The position numbers and the translations under genes are program-made. The notes under the pieces were generated by a model. It did no database searches and had not been told where the DNA came from. It saw only the letters and a program-made list of their open reading frames with translations. Shown one piece after another: positions 37,545 to 45,927 of a stretch of 48,126 nucleotides of DNA. Origin of the DNA: Phycisphaerae bacterium (GTDB taxonomy: Bacteria; Planctomycetota; Phycisphaerae; SM23-33); assembly GCA_046539045.1 (NCBI GenBank), contig JBKHHU010000003.1:1-48126 (forward strand), written 5' to 3'. How positions within the stretch are numbered: the stretch's first letter is position 1; each line of letters starts with the position of its first letter.

Positions 37545-38747
37545 TCATTCCTGCCCGCGCCGGAAAAGGAGGTCCGAAATGATGCGTTTGCGCTGTCGCC
37601 AACTCCAGGAACGGTAGAGGCTCATCACGTAGTGAAGCAGGAATGGCGTGGTGCCTTTCATCTTCCTGCCAAGGACCGAACCTGCCGCCTTGCCCGGCGC
37701 GAGCGGGACAACGTAACCGGGATCGGCTGGGTTGAACACGCGGATCTCCCGTCCTGTGAGCGTTCGCACAGCCGCCTCGGCAATGTGACGCCCGCCCATA
37801 AGCGAGAACTGCACACTCATGCGTAGCGGCCTGTCTTCGCCCGGACGGGTAGCGGCTGCCAGGTCCCCGGCAGCGAAGACGCGGTCATAGCCCTTGACAC
37901 GGAGGTTCTCGTCGACCGGCAGGCGGCCCTTCTTCTCCTGGTCCTCCTGCAGACCTTCTGCAGCGGGCCCCGGCGTGACGCCCGCGCACCAGCAGATCAG
38001 CGGATCCTCCACAATCGTGCCGTCGGTGAGCGTCACCTCGGACTCGCCGAACCGGTCGATCGTCTGGCCGGTAATTATCTCGACTCCGAACCCCTCGACT
38101 TCCCCGACCGCCCAGTCGACCAGTTCCTCCGGTATGTTGCGGAGAACGCGGTCGGCCTTTTCCACAACGCGGATCCGCATTCGCTTGTGCAGTTCGTCGA
38201 AGTCCAGCCCGGTACGTTGGCTTCCGAGATGTGCCAGATGACTGGCGACCTCAAACCCGGTGTACCCACCACCGACGACGAGAAACTGGGCCTGCAAATC
38301 GTCCTGCACGGCGCGATCGATCTTCTCCATCGCTTCCCGGCCGATGGCGAGGCCCTCGCTGACGTCCTTGAGCCCGATGCTGTTTTCGCGGGCCTGGTCC
38401 ATACCGAAGAAGTTGGTGTCGCACCCGAAACAGCAGAGCAGGACATCGGCAGAGAACTCGCCGCAGTCCGTTACCACGGTTCGGCTTTCGGGGTCGATCT
38501 GCTTGAGGTCCGCGTGCAGAAAGGTGCCGCCGGCCCGGTAGCAGTGCCCGGCCAGATCGGCATGGAGCGATTTCCCTCGCACGCGACTGGAGATGAGGTC
38601 CGGAAGCAGCGGCGAGAAGACGCTGTGTGGGCTGCGGTCGATCATCCGAATTTCAAGGTCCAGATTGCTTCGGCGCAGCCGATCCAGCGAGTGGACCGCG
38701 GTCAGGCCCGCGAACCCGCCACCGAGGATCAGAACGCTTGCTTTCAT
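37545..38747 (-). CDS. Type II NADH dehydrogenase-like FAD-dependent oxidoreductase
   Basis: ILGGGFAGL, FSPLLPD, second Rossmann VVGGGYTGFEVA, WCAGV and VFAAGD. Confidence 0.85.
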   Translation of the reverse strand: MKASVLILGGGFAGLTAVHSLDRLRRSNLDLEIRMIDRSPHSVFSPLLPDLISSRVRGKSLHADLAGHCYRAGGTFLHADLKQIDPESRTVVTDCGEFSADVLLCCFGCDTNFFGMDQARENSIGLKDVSEGLAIGREAMEKIDRAVQDDLQAQFLVVGGGYTGFEVASHLAHLGSQRTGLDFDELHKRMRIRVVEKADRVLRNIPEELVDWAVGEVEGFGVEIITGQTIDRFGESEVTLTDGTIVEDPLICWCAGVTPGPAAEGLQEDQEKKGRLPVDENLRVKGYDRVFAAGDLAAATRPGEDRPLRMSVQFSLMGGRHIAEAAVRTLTGREIRVFNPADPGYVVPLAPGKAAGSVLGRKMKGTTPFLLHYVMSLYRSWSWRQRKRIISDLLFRRGQE

Positions 38748-38841
38748 GTCGAAAAAACTCCCTTTCCGGTACTACCTAAGTGTAGCGGCGACAATGGACG
38801 GTAACCAATCGCGGCCCCGCGGATCGTCGGCCGGGGCGGCC

Positions 38842-38869
38842 TTGCGGTTGCCTGCGCAGATGGTATAGT
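38842..38869 (+). promoter_or_regulatory. Putative promoter of the glycosylation trio
   Basis: TTGCGG-N16-TATAGT with a TG extension. Confidence 0.4.
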
Positions 38870-38939
38870 CGCACGAGGTGGATGCCTGACGGCAACGGGC
38901 GAGGCAGGCTCTACCGGAACTCATGGAAGAGTGTGGTGC

Positions 38940-40538
38940 ATGTCCGGAGAACGCAACGAGTTGAGATCGGTTCGATGGCCGGAGGTGTCTGCGCACAGTC
39001 CAGAGAAACGACGGGGATTGATCCTGCTTCCGTGCCTGTTGCTGACCGCGATCGCCGCAGGAATGATCTTCAGCAGCGAATCCCGCAACCCCAGCACGGA
39101 TGAAGCGATGTGGAGCTACATCGGCTGGAATTGGACAGAACACGGGGCCGCACCGTTTGTGGACAGTTTCGATCACAAACCGCCTTTCGTCTACGAGGTG
39201 TACGCGGTGTCCAACACGGTTTGCCCATGGGCGCCGGTCCATTGCGCCCGGTGGATCGGCATGGCCGCGATGCTGGCCGGGGCGTGGATCGTGTGTCTGC
39301 TCGTCTGGCGCTGGGCCGGTCGGTCCGCCGGGCTGGTTGCGATGCTGCTGTTCGGGCTGACGATGTCGCGCCACGTGGTGGACGGTGCCCACGCCTCTCA
39401 TACCGAGTCCTTCGGGGCGCTGCTGGCGGTGCTTGGCTTTTGGCTGGTCGACCGGATGCGGACGGCCCCTCTCGGCAGGCGAAGTTTGCTGATCGGTCTG
39501 GCGGGATTGGCCCTCGGGTTTGCGTCTCTTGGCGTGCGGCAGTCGGAACTGGCCACGGCAGCGGCGCTGCTGGTGTTCTACCTCCTGATGACGCGCAGAG
39601 AACCGGCCGGGCGGCGATTGCGCGAACTGGGCATTGCCGCCGGCGGTGTGCTCATAGCGGGGCTTCTCGTGATGATTCCGCTGTGGCTTTCGGGGGCGAC
39701 GCCAGGCAATTACATCCACGCATGCTGGTTGAGTATCGGGCACGTCAGCACGATACAGGCCACCGCCGCCGAGCGGATTCACGTGCTGAGCGGGTTCTGG
39801 CAGGAATCGTTCCTGGTGGTGCTGCTGATCGGGGCGCTTGCGTTCGTTTTCCTTCGGCGGCGTATCGCCGCACGCGGCGTGCCGGTGTGGGGTCTGCTGG
39901 TGTGGGCGGGGCTGGCGTTTGCCGCGGCCAACGTGTCGGGCAACAATTACGGGCATCAGCAGAAACAGGCGGTGCTGCCGCTGGCGATTTTGACAGCTCT
40001 GGCGATTGTGGAACTGGTTGGCTTGGCGCGCGCACCGAGAAAAGGCCCCGGGCGGGCCGAGCCGTGGCTGGTGGTCCTGACGCTGGTATTCGCCTTTCCC
40101 CTGCACGCCGTGACCGACAGCGGATACGGACAACCCGACCCTGCCGAGTTCCGGGCGGTGGCCAAGAAGGTGCGCGAACTTTCCTCCCCCGGCGAATACG
40201 TGTACGTGCACGGCTGGGGAGCCGAGCAGGTGCAGTTCCGGGCGAGGCGACAAAGCCCGACGCGTCATTTCAATGGATTCTTCCTGGCGATGCCCGGAGC
40301 GCATGAGCAGTTGCGGACGGATTTGACGGACGCCGGTCCTCGACTGATCGTCGCGCCCGCCCCGTCAGTCGGCCAGACCGGCCCCGGAAACCTGCCCGAA
40401 GCCCAGCAACTCGGCCCCTGGTTTGCGGATCTGCTGGAGAAGCGGTACCGGCCGGTCGAGGACATCGGCGGCTGGCGGATCTACGAGTACAAGACTTCTG
40501 TGGATGTCCCCTTTGCTGAGACGAGGCCGACGCCATGA
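38940..40538 (+). CDS. Multi-TM GT-C fold (ArnT/PMT-like) membrane glycosyltransferase
   Basis: First loop DEAMWSYIG..PFVDSFDHKPPFVY, about 11-12 TM helices and a periplasmic C-terminal domain. Confidence 0.8.
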   Translation: MSGERNELRSVRWPEVSAHSPEKRRGLILLPCLLLTAIAAGMIFSSESRNPSTDEAMWSYIGWNWTEHGAAPFVDSFDHKPPFVYEVYAVSNTVCPWAPVHCARWIGMAAMLAGAWIVCLLVWRWAGRSAGLVAMLLFGLTMSRHVVDGAHASHTESFGALLAVLGFWLVDRMRTAPLGRRSLLIGLAGLALGFASLGVRQSELATAAALLVFYLLMTRREPAGRRLRELGIAAGGVLIAGLLVMIPLWLSGATPGNYIHACWLSIGHVSTIQATAAERIHVLSGFWQESFLVVLLIGALAFVFLRRRIAARGVPVWGLLVWAGLAFAAANVSGNNYGHQQKQAVLPLAILTALAIVELVGLARAPRKGPGRAEPWLVVLTLVFAFPLHAVTDSGYGQPDPAEFRAVAKKVRELSSPGEYVYVHGWGAEQVQFRARRQSPTRHFNGFFLAMPGAHEQLRTDLTDAGPRLIVAPAPSVGQTGPGNLPEAQQLGPWFADLLEKRYRPVEDIGGWRIYEYKTSVDVPFAETRPTP

Positions 40539-41473
40539 GAGAAAAATCAATCCTGATCTCACTGATCGTCCCGGTGTTCAACGAGGAACACTGCGTGGAA
40601 GCGTTTTTGGACGAAGTCGATCGCCAGGTCCCGGAAGAAGAGAACCTGACCCGGGAGATCGTTTTCGTCGATGACGGCAGTACGGACGGCACGGTCGATC
40701 GCCTTGCGGAACTGAAGCAGACGCATGAGGGCGTGCGGATCATCTGCCTTTCCCGCAATTTCGGGAAGGAAGCCGCCCTGACTGCCGGGCTGGATCACTG
40801 TCGCGGCGACGTGGCGGTGCCGATCGACGTGGACCTGCAGGAACCGCCGGCGCTGATTCGCGATTTCCTCCGCGAATGGCGCAACGGGTATGACGTCGTG
40901 TACGCCGTCCGCGCCGACCGGCGTTCCGACGGGCTGCTGAAGCGCAGCTCAGCCGGGGCGTTCTATCGCGTATTCAACCGCATTTCGCAGACGCGCATCC
41001 CGCCCAATGTGGGGGATTTCCGCCTGCTCGACCGGCGCGTCGTGGAGGAGGTCTGTCGCCTACGCGAACGGAGCCGCTTCATGAAGGGCCTGCTCAACTG
41101 GCCCGGATTCAAGGCAACCGGCGTATCGTTCGATCGGCCGGCCCGGTCGTCGGGCCAGAGCGGGTGGGGCTTTCTCAAGCTGTGGCGACTTGCACTGGAC
41201 GGGATCTTCAGTTTCTCCAGTGCGCCGCTGAAGGTCTGGGCGTACGTGGGCCTGCTGATCTCGCTGGTTTCGATGGTTTACGGGCTCTACATCGTCGGGT
41301 TGAAACTCATCTACGGAATCGACGTGCCGGGCTACTCCTCGATCATCGTGGCGGTGACGGTACTGGGCGGGTTGCAGTTGATGTCGCTGGGCATCATCGG
41401 CGAGTATCTCTCGCGCATCTTCGACGAGATCAAGCAGCGGCCGATCTACGTCGTCGACCGGATCGTGGAGTAG
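40535..41473 (+). CDS. GT2 GtrB/YfdH-like polyprenol-phosphate glycosyltransferase
   Basis: SLIVPVFNEE, FVDDGSTD, LSRNFGKEAALTAG, IDVDLQEPP, GDFRLLDR, two C-terminal TM helices and GEYLSRIFDEIKQRPIY. Confidence 0.93.
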   Translation: MREKSILISLIVPVFNEEHCVEAFLDEVDRQVPEEENLTREIVFVDDGSTDGTVDRLAELKQTHEGVRIICLSRNFGKEAALTAGLDHCRGDVAVPIDVDLQEPPALIRDFLREWRNGYDVVYAVRADRRSDGLLKRSSAGAFYRVFNRISQTRIPPNVGDFRLLDRRVVEEVCRLRERSRFMKGLLNWPGFKATGVSFDRPARSSGQSGWGFLKLWRLALDGIFSFSSAPLKVWAYVGLLISLVSMVYGLYIVGLKLIYGIDVPGYSSIIVAVTVLGGLQLMSLGIIGEYLSRIFDEIKQRPIYVVDRIVE

Positions 41474-41477
41474 CGCT

Positions 41478-42197
41478 GTGGACCTGAAAGAGCAGCAACT
41501 GCTGGGCGATGACCCCCTCGCACACTGGTATTATCGGGCCAAAGCGCTGGCGATGGACCGGTACCTTCGGGGCGTGAAATTCCAGACGGTTATCGACGTC
41601 GGTGCAGGCTCCGGCGTGTTCTCCCGGTACCTGGTGGAAACCGGCCGGGCGTCGCGAGCGATCTGCGTGGACCCGTTCTACCAGCACGAGCACAGCGAAG
41701 AGTTGCCCGGCGGGAGCATCGACTTCCGCCGACGCTACCACGGTACCCCCGCCGGGTTGATGCTCCTTATGGACGTGCTGGAGCATGTCGATGACGACCG
41801 GGAAATGTTGAGCGGTTATGTCCGGCAAGCCCAGCCCGGCGCTGCGTTTCTCATCACCGTCCCCGCGTTCGAGTTCCTGTGGAGCGCACACGACGAGTAC
41901 CTTCGGCACAAGCGCCGCTACACGCGCCGGCAGTTGCTATCGGTGGTCGATGCGTCCGGACTTGCCGTCGAGCAGGCCGGGTACTTCTACGCGAGCGTCT
42001 TTCCGATCGCAGCGGCGTTGCGACTCGTCCGGCGCCTCACCGGCCGGAAGGCTGAACCCGCCAGCCAGTTGCGCCGGCACTCGCCCTTGGTCAACGGCCT
42101 GCTCTGGGGGATGTGCCGGGCGGAACTGCCGCTACTGAAGGTCAACCGCCTGTTCGGGCTGACGGTCTTCTGTCTGGCCCGCAAACCGCTCCGGTGA
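41478..42197 (+). CDS. Class I SAM-dependent methyltransferase
   Basis: HWYYRAK, VIDVGAGSG, MDVLEHVDDD and TVPAFEFLWSAHD..HKRRY. Confidence 0.9.
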   Translation: MDLKEQQLLGDDPLAHWYYRAKALAMDRYLRGVKFQTVIDVGAGSGVFSRYLVETGRASRAICVDPFYQHEHSEELPGGSIDFRRRYHGTPAGLMLLMDVLEHVDDDREMLSGYVRQAQPGAAFLITVPAFEFLWSAHDEYLRHKRRYTRRQLLSVVDASGLAVEQAGYFYASVFPIAAALRLVRRLTGRKAEPASQLRRHSPLVNGLLWGMCRAELPLLKVNRLFGLTVFCLARKPLR

Positions 42198-42223
42198 TCG
42201 CCGGTTTACGCAACGACTGCCGC

Positions 42224-42251
42224 TTGCAACCGACCGGGGTTCGGGTACGAT
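42224..42251 (+). promoter_or_regulatory. Putative promoter directly upstream of the GNAT start codon (possible leaderless mRNA)
   Basis: TTGCAA-N16-TACGAT, with ATG 42259 only 7 nt after the -10 and no SD sequence. Confidence 0.4.
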
Positions 42252-42258
42252 ACTCCGC

Positions 42259-43188
42259 ATGAGCAGGCGGTGGAACATCCAGCCGGTCCCCAAATCCAAA
42301 CGCACCGCGGCTATCCGCTTTGTCGCGGGCGGTCGCGGAGGGGCGTTCCTGTCCGGTAAACGAACCGACGCCATCAGCAGGATGGTCGAGGCCCACGATC
42401 CGGAGAAGGTGACGCTGCGCTGGGCGCGGTCCTGGCGGAAGACGCTGGCTGCGGCGCTGATCCTGGAGAGCCCCGGACGGACCGGAATGCTCTTCCACTC
42501 CCCTGCCGACGCCCCCGGTGTCGACCCCGACGCATTGACCGAACTCGTGCGTTCCGCCTCCGAAGATGTCCTGTCCGGCGGAGCAAGCCTCGTGCAGGCG
42601 CTCGTCGGGCGGAATACCGGTTCGGACATCCCCGTGCTGGAACAGGCCGGATTCCAGCGTCTGGCGGAGCTGGTATACATGCGTCTGTCGCTGGGGAAAA
42701 TCCCCGCCTCGCCAAGTGTCCGCAAACGGCGTGCTGAGTTGACCTGGAAAGACGCCACACAGATCGACGACGCCCTCATGGGACAGGTCGTCGCCAGGAC
42801 CTATGAGGGCTCGCTGGACTGCCCGTTGCTGAGCGGCCGGCGGGAAATGTCCGACGTGCTCGCCGGCCATAAGTCCTCCGGAGAGTTCAGCCCGCGCACC
42901 TGGTGGGTCCCCTTCCGGGGTGAGCAACCGGTTGGGTGCATCCTCACCAACGACTTCCCTTCCCTGCGATCGTCGGAGGTGGTCTATCTCGGGGTTTTGC
43001 CCGAATGCCGCGGGACGGGAATCGCGTCTGCTATGGTCTACCATGCCGCCATGGCCGCCTGCGAACGCGGACGCCAATACCTCACCCTGGCGGTGGACTC
43101 CTCCAACGTCTATGCGATGGAAGTTTATCAAAAATCAGGCTTTATACGCGTAGATGTTCGGGAGGCATTCGTCCGTCTGGCGACGTGA
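42259..43188 (+). CDS. Tandem GNAT acetyltransferase (MshD-like architecture)
   Basis: C-terminal YLGVLPECRGTGIA..LAVDSSNVYAMEVYQKSGF. Degenerate N-terminal GNAT (LEQAGF). TYEGSLDCP motif. Confidence 0.82.
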   Translation: MSRRWNIQPVPKSKRTAAIRFVAGGRGGAFLSGKRTDAISRMVEAHDPEKVTLRWARSWRKTLAAALILESPGRTGMLFHSPADAPGVDPDALTELVRSASEDVLSGGASLVQALVGRNTGSDIPVLEQAGFQRLAELVYMRLSLGKIPASPSVRKRRAELTWKDATQIDDALMGQVVARTYEGSLDCPLLSGRREMSDVLAGHKSSGEFSPRTWWVPFRGEQPVGCILTNDFPSLRSSEVVYLGVLPECRGTGIASAMVYHAAMAACERGRQYLTLAVDSSNVYAMEVYQKSGFIRVDVREAFVRLAT

Positions 43189-43199
43189 TATCCGCCGGA

Positions 43200-43450
43200 T
43201 ATTCACCTGCCGACAAGAGGTTGTTAAGAACGTGTGGAAAGAAGTTTTTTTCGGAGGGTAACTTGGGAACCTCCAACAGCTTGAGCCGTGTGGATAAGTA
43301 TGCCACGCGTTTGGCGTTGACCGTTCCCGGCAACCGGCGATAAGCTATCCTCCGTCTTGAGGGAAGTAAGCCTGTGGAGGAAGTCAATTCAACAGGCTCA
43401 CAAGACGCAAGTGGGTAGTCTTGGGCAGCTTAATTTCAGTGGATTTGAGG
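43200..43450. promoter_or_regulatory. dnaA upstream region with DnaA box(es); autoregulatory site and possible oriC
   Basis: Perfect TGTGGATAA at 43289-43297. Two-mismatch boxes TGTGGAAAG (43233) and TGTGGAGGA (43373). Lower GC than the flanks. TTGACC-N18-TAAGCT at 43317-43346. Confidence 0.6.
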
Positions 43451-43456
43451 AAGAAC

Positions 43457-44875
43457 ATGAATATCGCCACGGAATCGGTGCGCGCTGATCTGGACACGGA
43501 AAAGCGCATTTTCGACACGCTCAGCCAGCGATTGGGGCCGCAGAAGTTCAACGCGTGGTTCAAGCACGGAACGCAGATCCAACTTGCCGACAGTACCGTC
43601 AAGCTTACGGTCCCCAACCCTTTTGTCGCCAATTGGGTTGATAATCACTACCGGGAAGATATTCGCCTTGCCGCCATGGAGTTGGCCGGGAGGGAACTGG
43701 ACGTCACCGTCAACGTGGACTCGTCGTTGAGCGGCGACCTCCGCAAGCGTCAGCTCGACCAACAGGCAGATATTGTCCACAAGACCACTGAAGGCAGGGC
43801 ACGTCGCAGACAGACCGCTCCGAAGTCCCCGTTGCGTCACCAGCTTGGGGAGTTCGTCGTCGGAGAGAGCAATCGCCTGGCCTACTCGGCCGCCCAGTCA
43901 ATCATCACCGGCTCGGCCCCGTTCAATCTGCTGTTCATTCACGGCTGCTGCGGTGTCGGCAAGACTCACCTGCTGCAGGGCATCTGCAATGCCCTGAACG
44001 GCTCGACCCGTTACGGCAAGCCCGTGCAGTGGAAGTACGTCACCGGGGAGCAGTTCACCAATGAGTTTGTCTCGGCCCTGCGGCAGAAGCGCCTGGGCGA
44101 ATTCCGCAACCGCTACCGCAAGCTGGACCTGCTGGCAATCGACGACGTGCACTTCCTCTCAGCCAAGCGCGCCACGCAGGATGAATTCCTCCACACATTT
44201 AATGCCATCGAGGCAGCGGGGAAGACCATCGTCATGGCCAGCGACGCCCACCCTCGAATGCTGGGCGACCTGAACGAGCAGTTGCAGAGCCGCTTTGTCT
44301 CCGGGATGACCGTCAAGGTCGATTCTCCCGATTGCCTCACCCGCATGGAGGTCCTTAAGCGCAAAGCCGCCCAGATGAACCTCGATCTCGACCCGGAGGT
44401 GCTGCGGTACGTCGGGACGCACATTCGCGGCTCTGTGCGGGAACTGGAGGGCACTCTGATGAAGCTGTCCGCTCTGTCGGCCCTGGAGAACGGCCCCGTC
44501 ACCGTCCACTTGGCCAGTTCCGCCCTCTCCGACCACCTCGCACGAGTCGACAGCGCCGTAACGCTCGGCGACATCGAGTCGGTGGTGGCAGCGTATTTCG
44601 GCATCACCCCCGCCGACATCCATTCCAGCCGCCGGACGCGAACCGTTTCCGTCGCTCGAATGGTGTCCATGTTCCTGGCCCGCCGGCACACCCGCATGAG
44701 CTATCCCGAGATCGGCAAGTTCATGGGCAAGAACCATTCCTCGGTTGTTCTGGCTGTGCAACGGATGGACAAGGCGCTCGCTGCCGGCGATGAGCTCAAG
44801 TGGATGACGCCCATGGGCCCGAAATCGATGCCCGCCCAACAGCTGCTGGACCTGCTCAACGAGCAGGTGATGTAA
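43457..44875 (+). CDS. dnaA: Chromosomal replication initiator DnaA
   Basis: FVVGESNRLA, NLLFIHGCCGVGKTHLL, DLLAIDDVHFL, QDEFLHTFN, SRFVSG, SVRELEG and domain IV ARMVSMFLAR..SYPEIG. GAGG RBS before ATG 43457. Confidence 0.96.
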   Translation: MNIATESVRADLDTEKRIFDTLSQRLGPQKFNAWFKHGTQIQLADSTVKLTVPNPFVANWVDNHYREDIRLAAMELAGRELDVTVNVDSSLSGDLRKRQLDQQADIVHKTTEGRARRRQTAPKSPLRHQLGEFVVGESNRLAYSAAQSIITGSAPFNLLFIHGCCGVGKTHLLQGICNALNGSTRYGKPVQWKYVTGEQFTNEFVSALRQKRLGEFRNRYRKLDLLAIDDVHFLSAKRATQDEFLHTFNAIEAAGKTIVMASDAHPRMLGDLNEQLQSRFVSGMTVKVDSPDCLTRMEVLKRKAAQMNLDLDPEVLRYVGTHIRGSVRELEGTLMKLSALSALENGPVTVHLASSALSDHLARVDSAVTLGDIESVVAAYFGITPADIHSSRRTRTVSVARMVSMFLARRHTRMSYPEIGKFMGKNHSSVVLAVQRMDKALAAGDELKWMTPMGPKSMPAQQLLDLLNEQVM

Positions 44876-45044
44876 CCCGCTTACTACCCCGCCGTGCATG
44901 GACGCACGGCAGACTCGGTCACGGTGGACTCTCCATGGGGCACGGATGCCCGGAAGCGACCCTCGCCGGAGGACGCGAGACGCTTCAAACGCCTTTCTAC
45001 CGGACGGCGCCGGTATGATCCGTGCATCAGGGACGATTTCTTCC

Positions 45045-45086
45045 GCGACCGACCGACGCTGAGAAGCCCGGTTGGTCGCTTTTTTT
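45045..45086 (+). terminator. Intrinsic terminator downstream of dnaA
   Basis: 11-bp stem gcgaccgaccg/cggttggtcgc (one G-U pair) followed by T7. Confidence 0.75.
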
Positions 45087-45191
45087 GTGCGCTGTTCTCC
45101 AAGGCTGGTCGAGGGGGGAACCACAGAACCCAGGAAGAGTCCGGAGGTTCTCTGAGGTGCAGAATGTCTCGAGGGCCCGTGGGTTCTCCTG

Positions 45192-45763
45192 TCATTCCCC
45201 AACCAACCGGGTTACCTGCCGCACCGGTTCTGCCGTCTGGATCTTCGGCTCCACCGCGCTGCCGTACTGTAGGCGACCACCGCGGTTTCCATCGGGAGTT
45301 TTGCCCGGGCCGGTAACCCAGTCACCATCAGCACCCCATTCTCGATCACAGCCGGCCCGTAGTCCACGTAGTACCAGACCTGCAGCTTCGAATCGCTGGA
45401 CGTGTTCAGCTTCAGCTCGCCGTCCGCCCGCCTGATGGAGCCCACCTTCGGGAATGTGATCGTCTGCTTCTTGCCTTCATCCAGGCGCCGCGACAGCTTC
45501 ATGATCCCCGCCTGCTCACAATATCGGTACGTGTCATTGCCGGGATGGTACGCCGGCAGATTCGCCTCCTGCCGCATGCGAAGATTGAGCTCTACGGACG
45601 GCAGGCCCTCCGCGCGGCCAAGAGGCGAGCCAATAACAACTGAAACCGGCTTGTCGTCCATCTGCGACCGGGCCGACTCGCACATCCCCTGTCTCTCCCG
45701 GGTCCCGCCGATCGGGCAGGCCGGGAAATGTTCATGGAAAATCGGCCAAGCACCCGTTCGCAA
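45192..45763 (-). pseudogene. Frameshifted, apparently 5'-truncated remnant of an uncharacterised protein with a beta-rich C-terminus
   Basis: QTITFP..SSDSKLQVWYYVDYGPA..LPARAKLP..VVAY then continues in another frame as YGSAVEPKIQTAEPVRQ..stop 45192. A 1-nt deletion near 45268 would restore a single frame. Confidence 0.55.
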
Positions 45764-45786
45764 CCGGCCCGGATAGCTGATATAAT
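45757..45786 (+). promoter_or_regulatory. Putative extended -10 promoter for the debranching enzyme gene
   Basis: TG-A-TATAAT at 45778-45786 with TTCGCA 18 nt upstream of the -10. Confidence 0.5.
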
Positions 45787-45927
45787 CCCGGTGACTTACC
45801 GGTCCGCGAGAAATCCGGTGCTTTCTCCCGGCTCAAGTCGGCAGCGTTCTGCCGTCAAGGCCCGGTCTTGCAGAGCCGTCTCGCAACCGGACACGCTGTA
45901 ATCTCTCGCTCCAATGGGATACCTGAC

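Noticed and set aside
37489-38768. Near-repeat aaaactccc(c)tttccg on both sides of the NDH-2-like gene as a target-site duplication
   Set aside because: The match is short and imperfect, one copy is simply the gene's purine-rich RBS, and there is no transposase or integrase.
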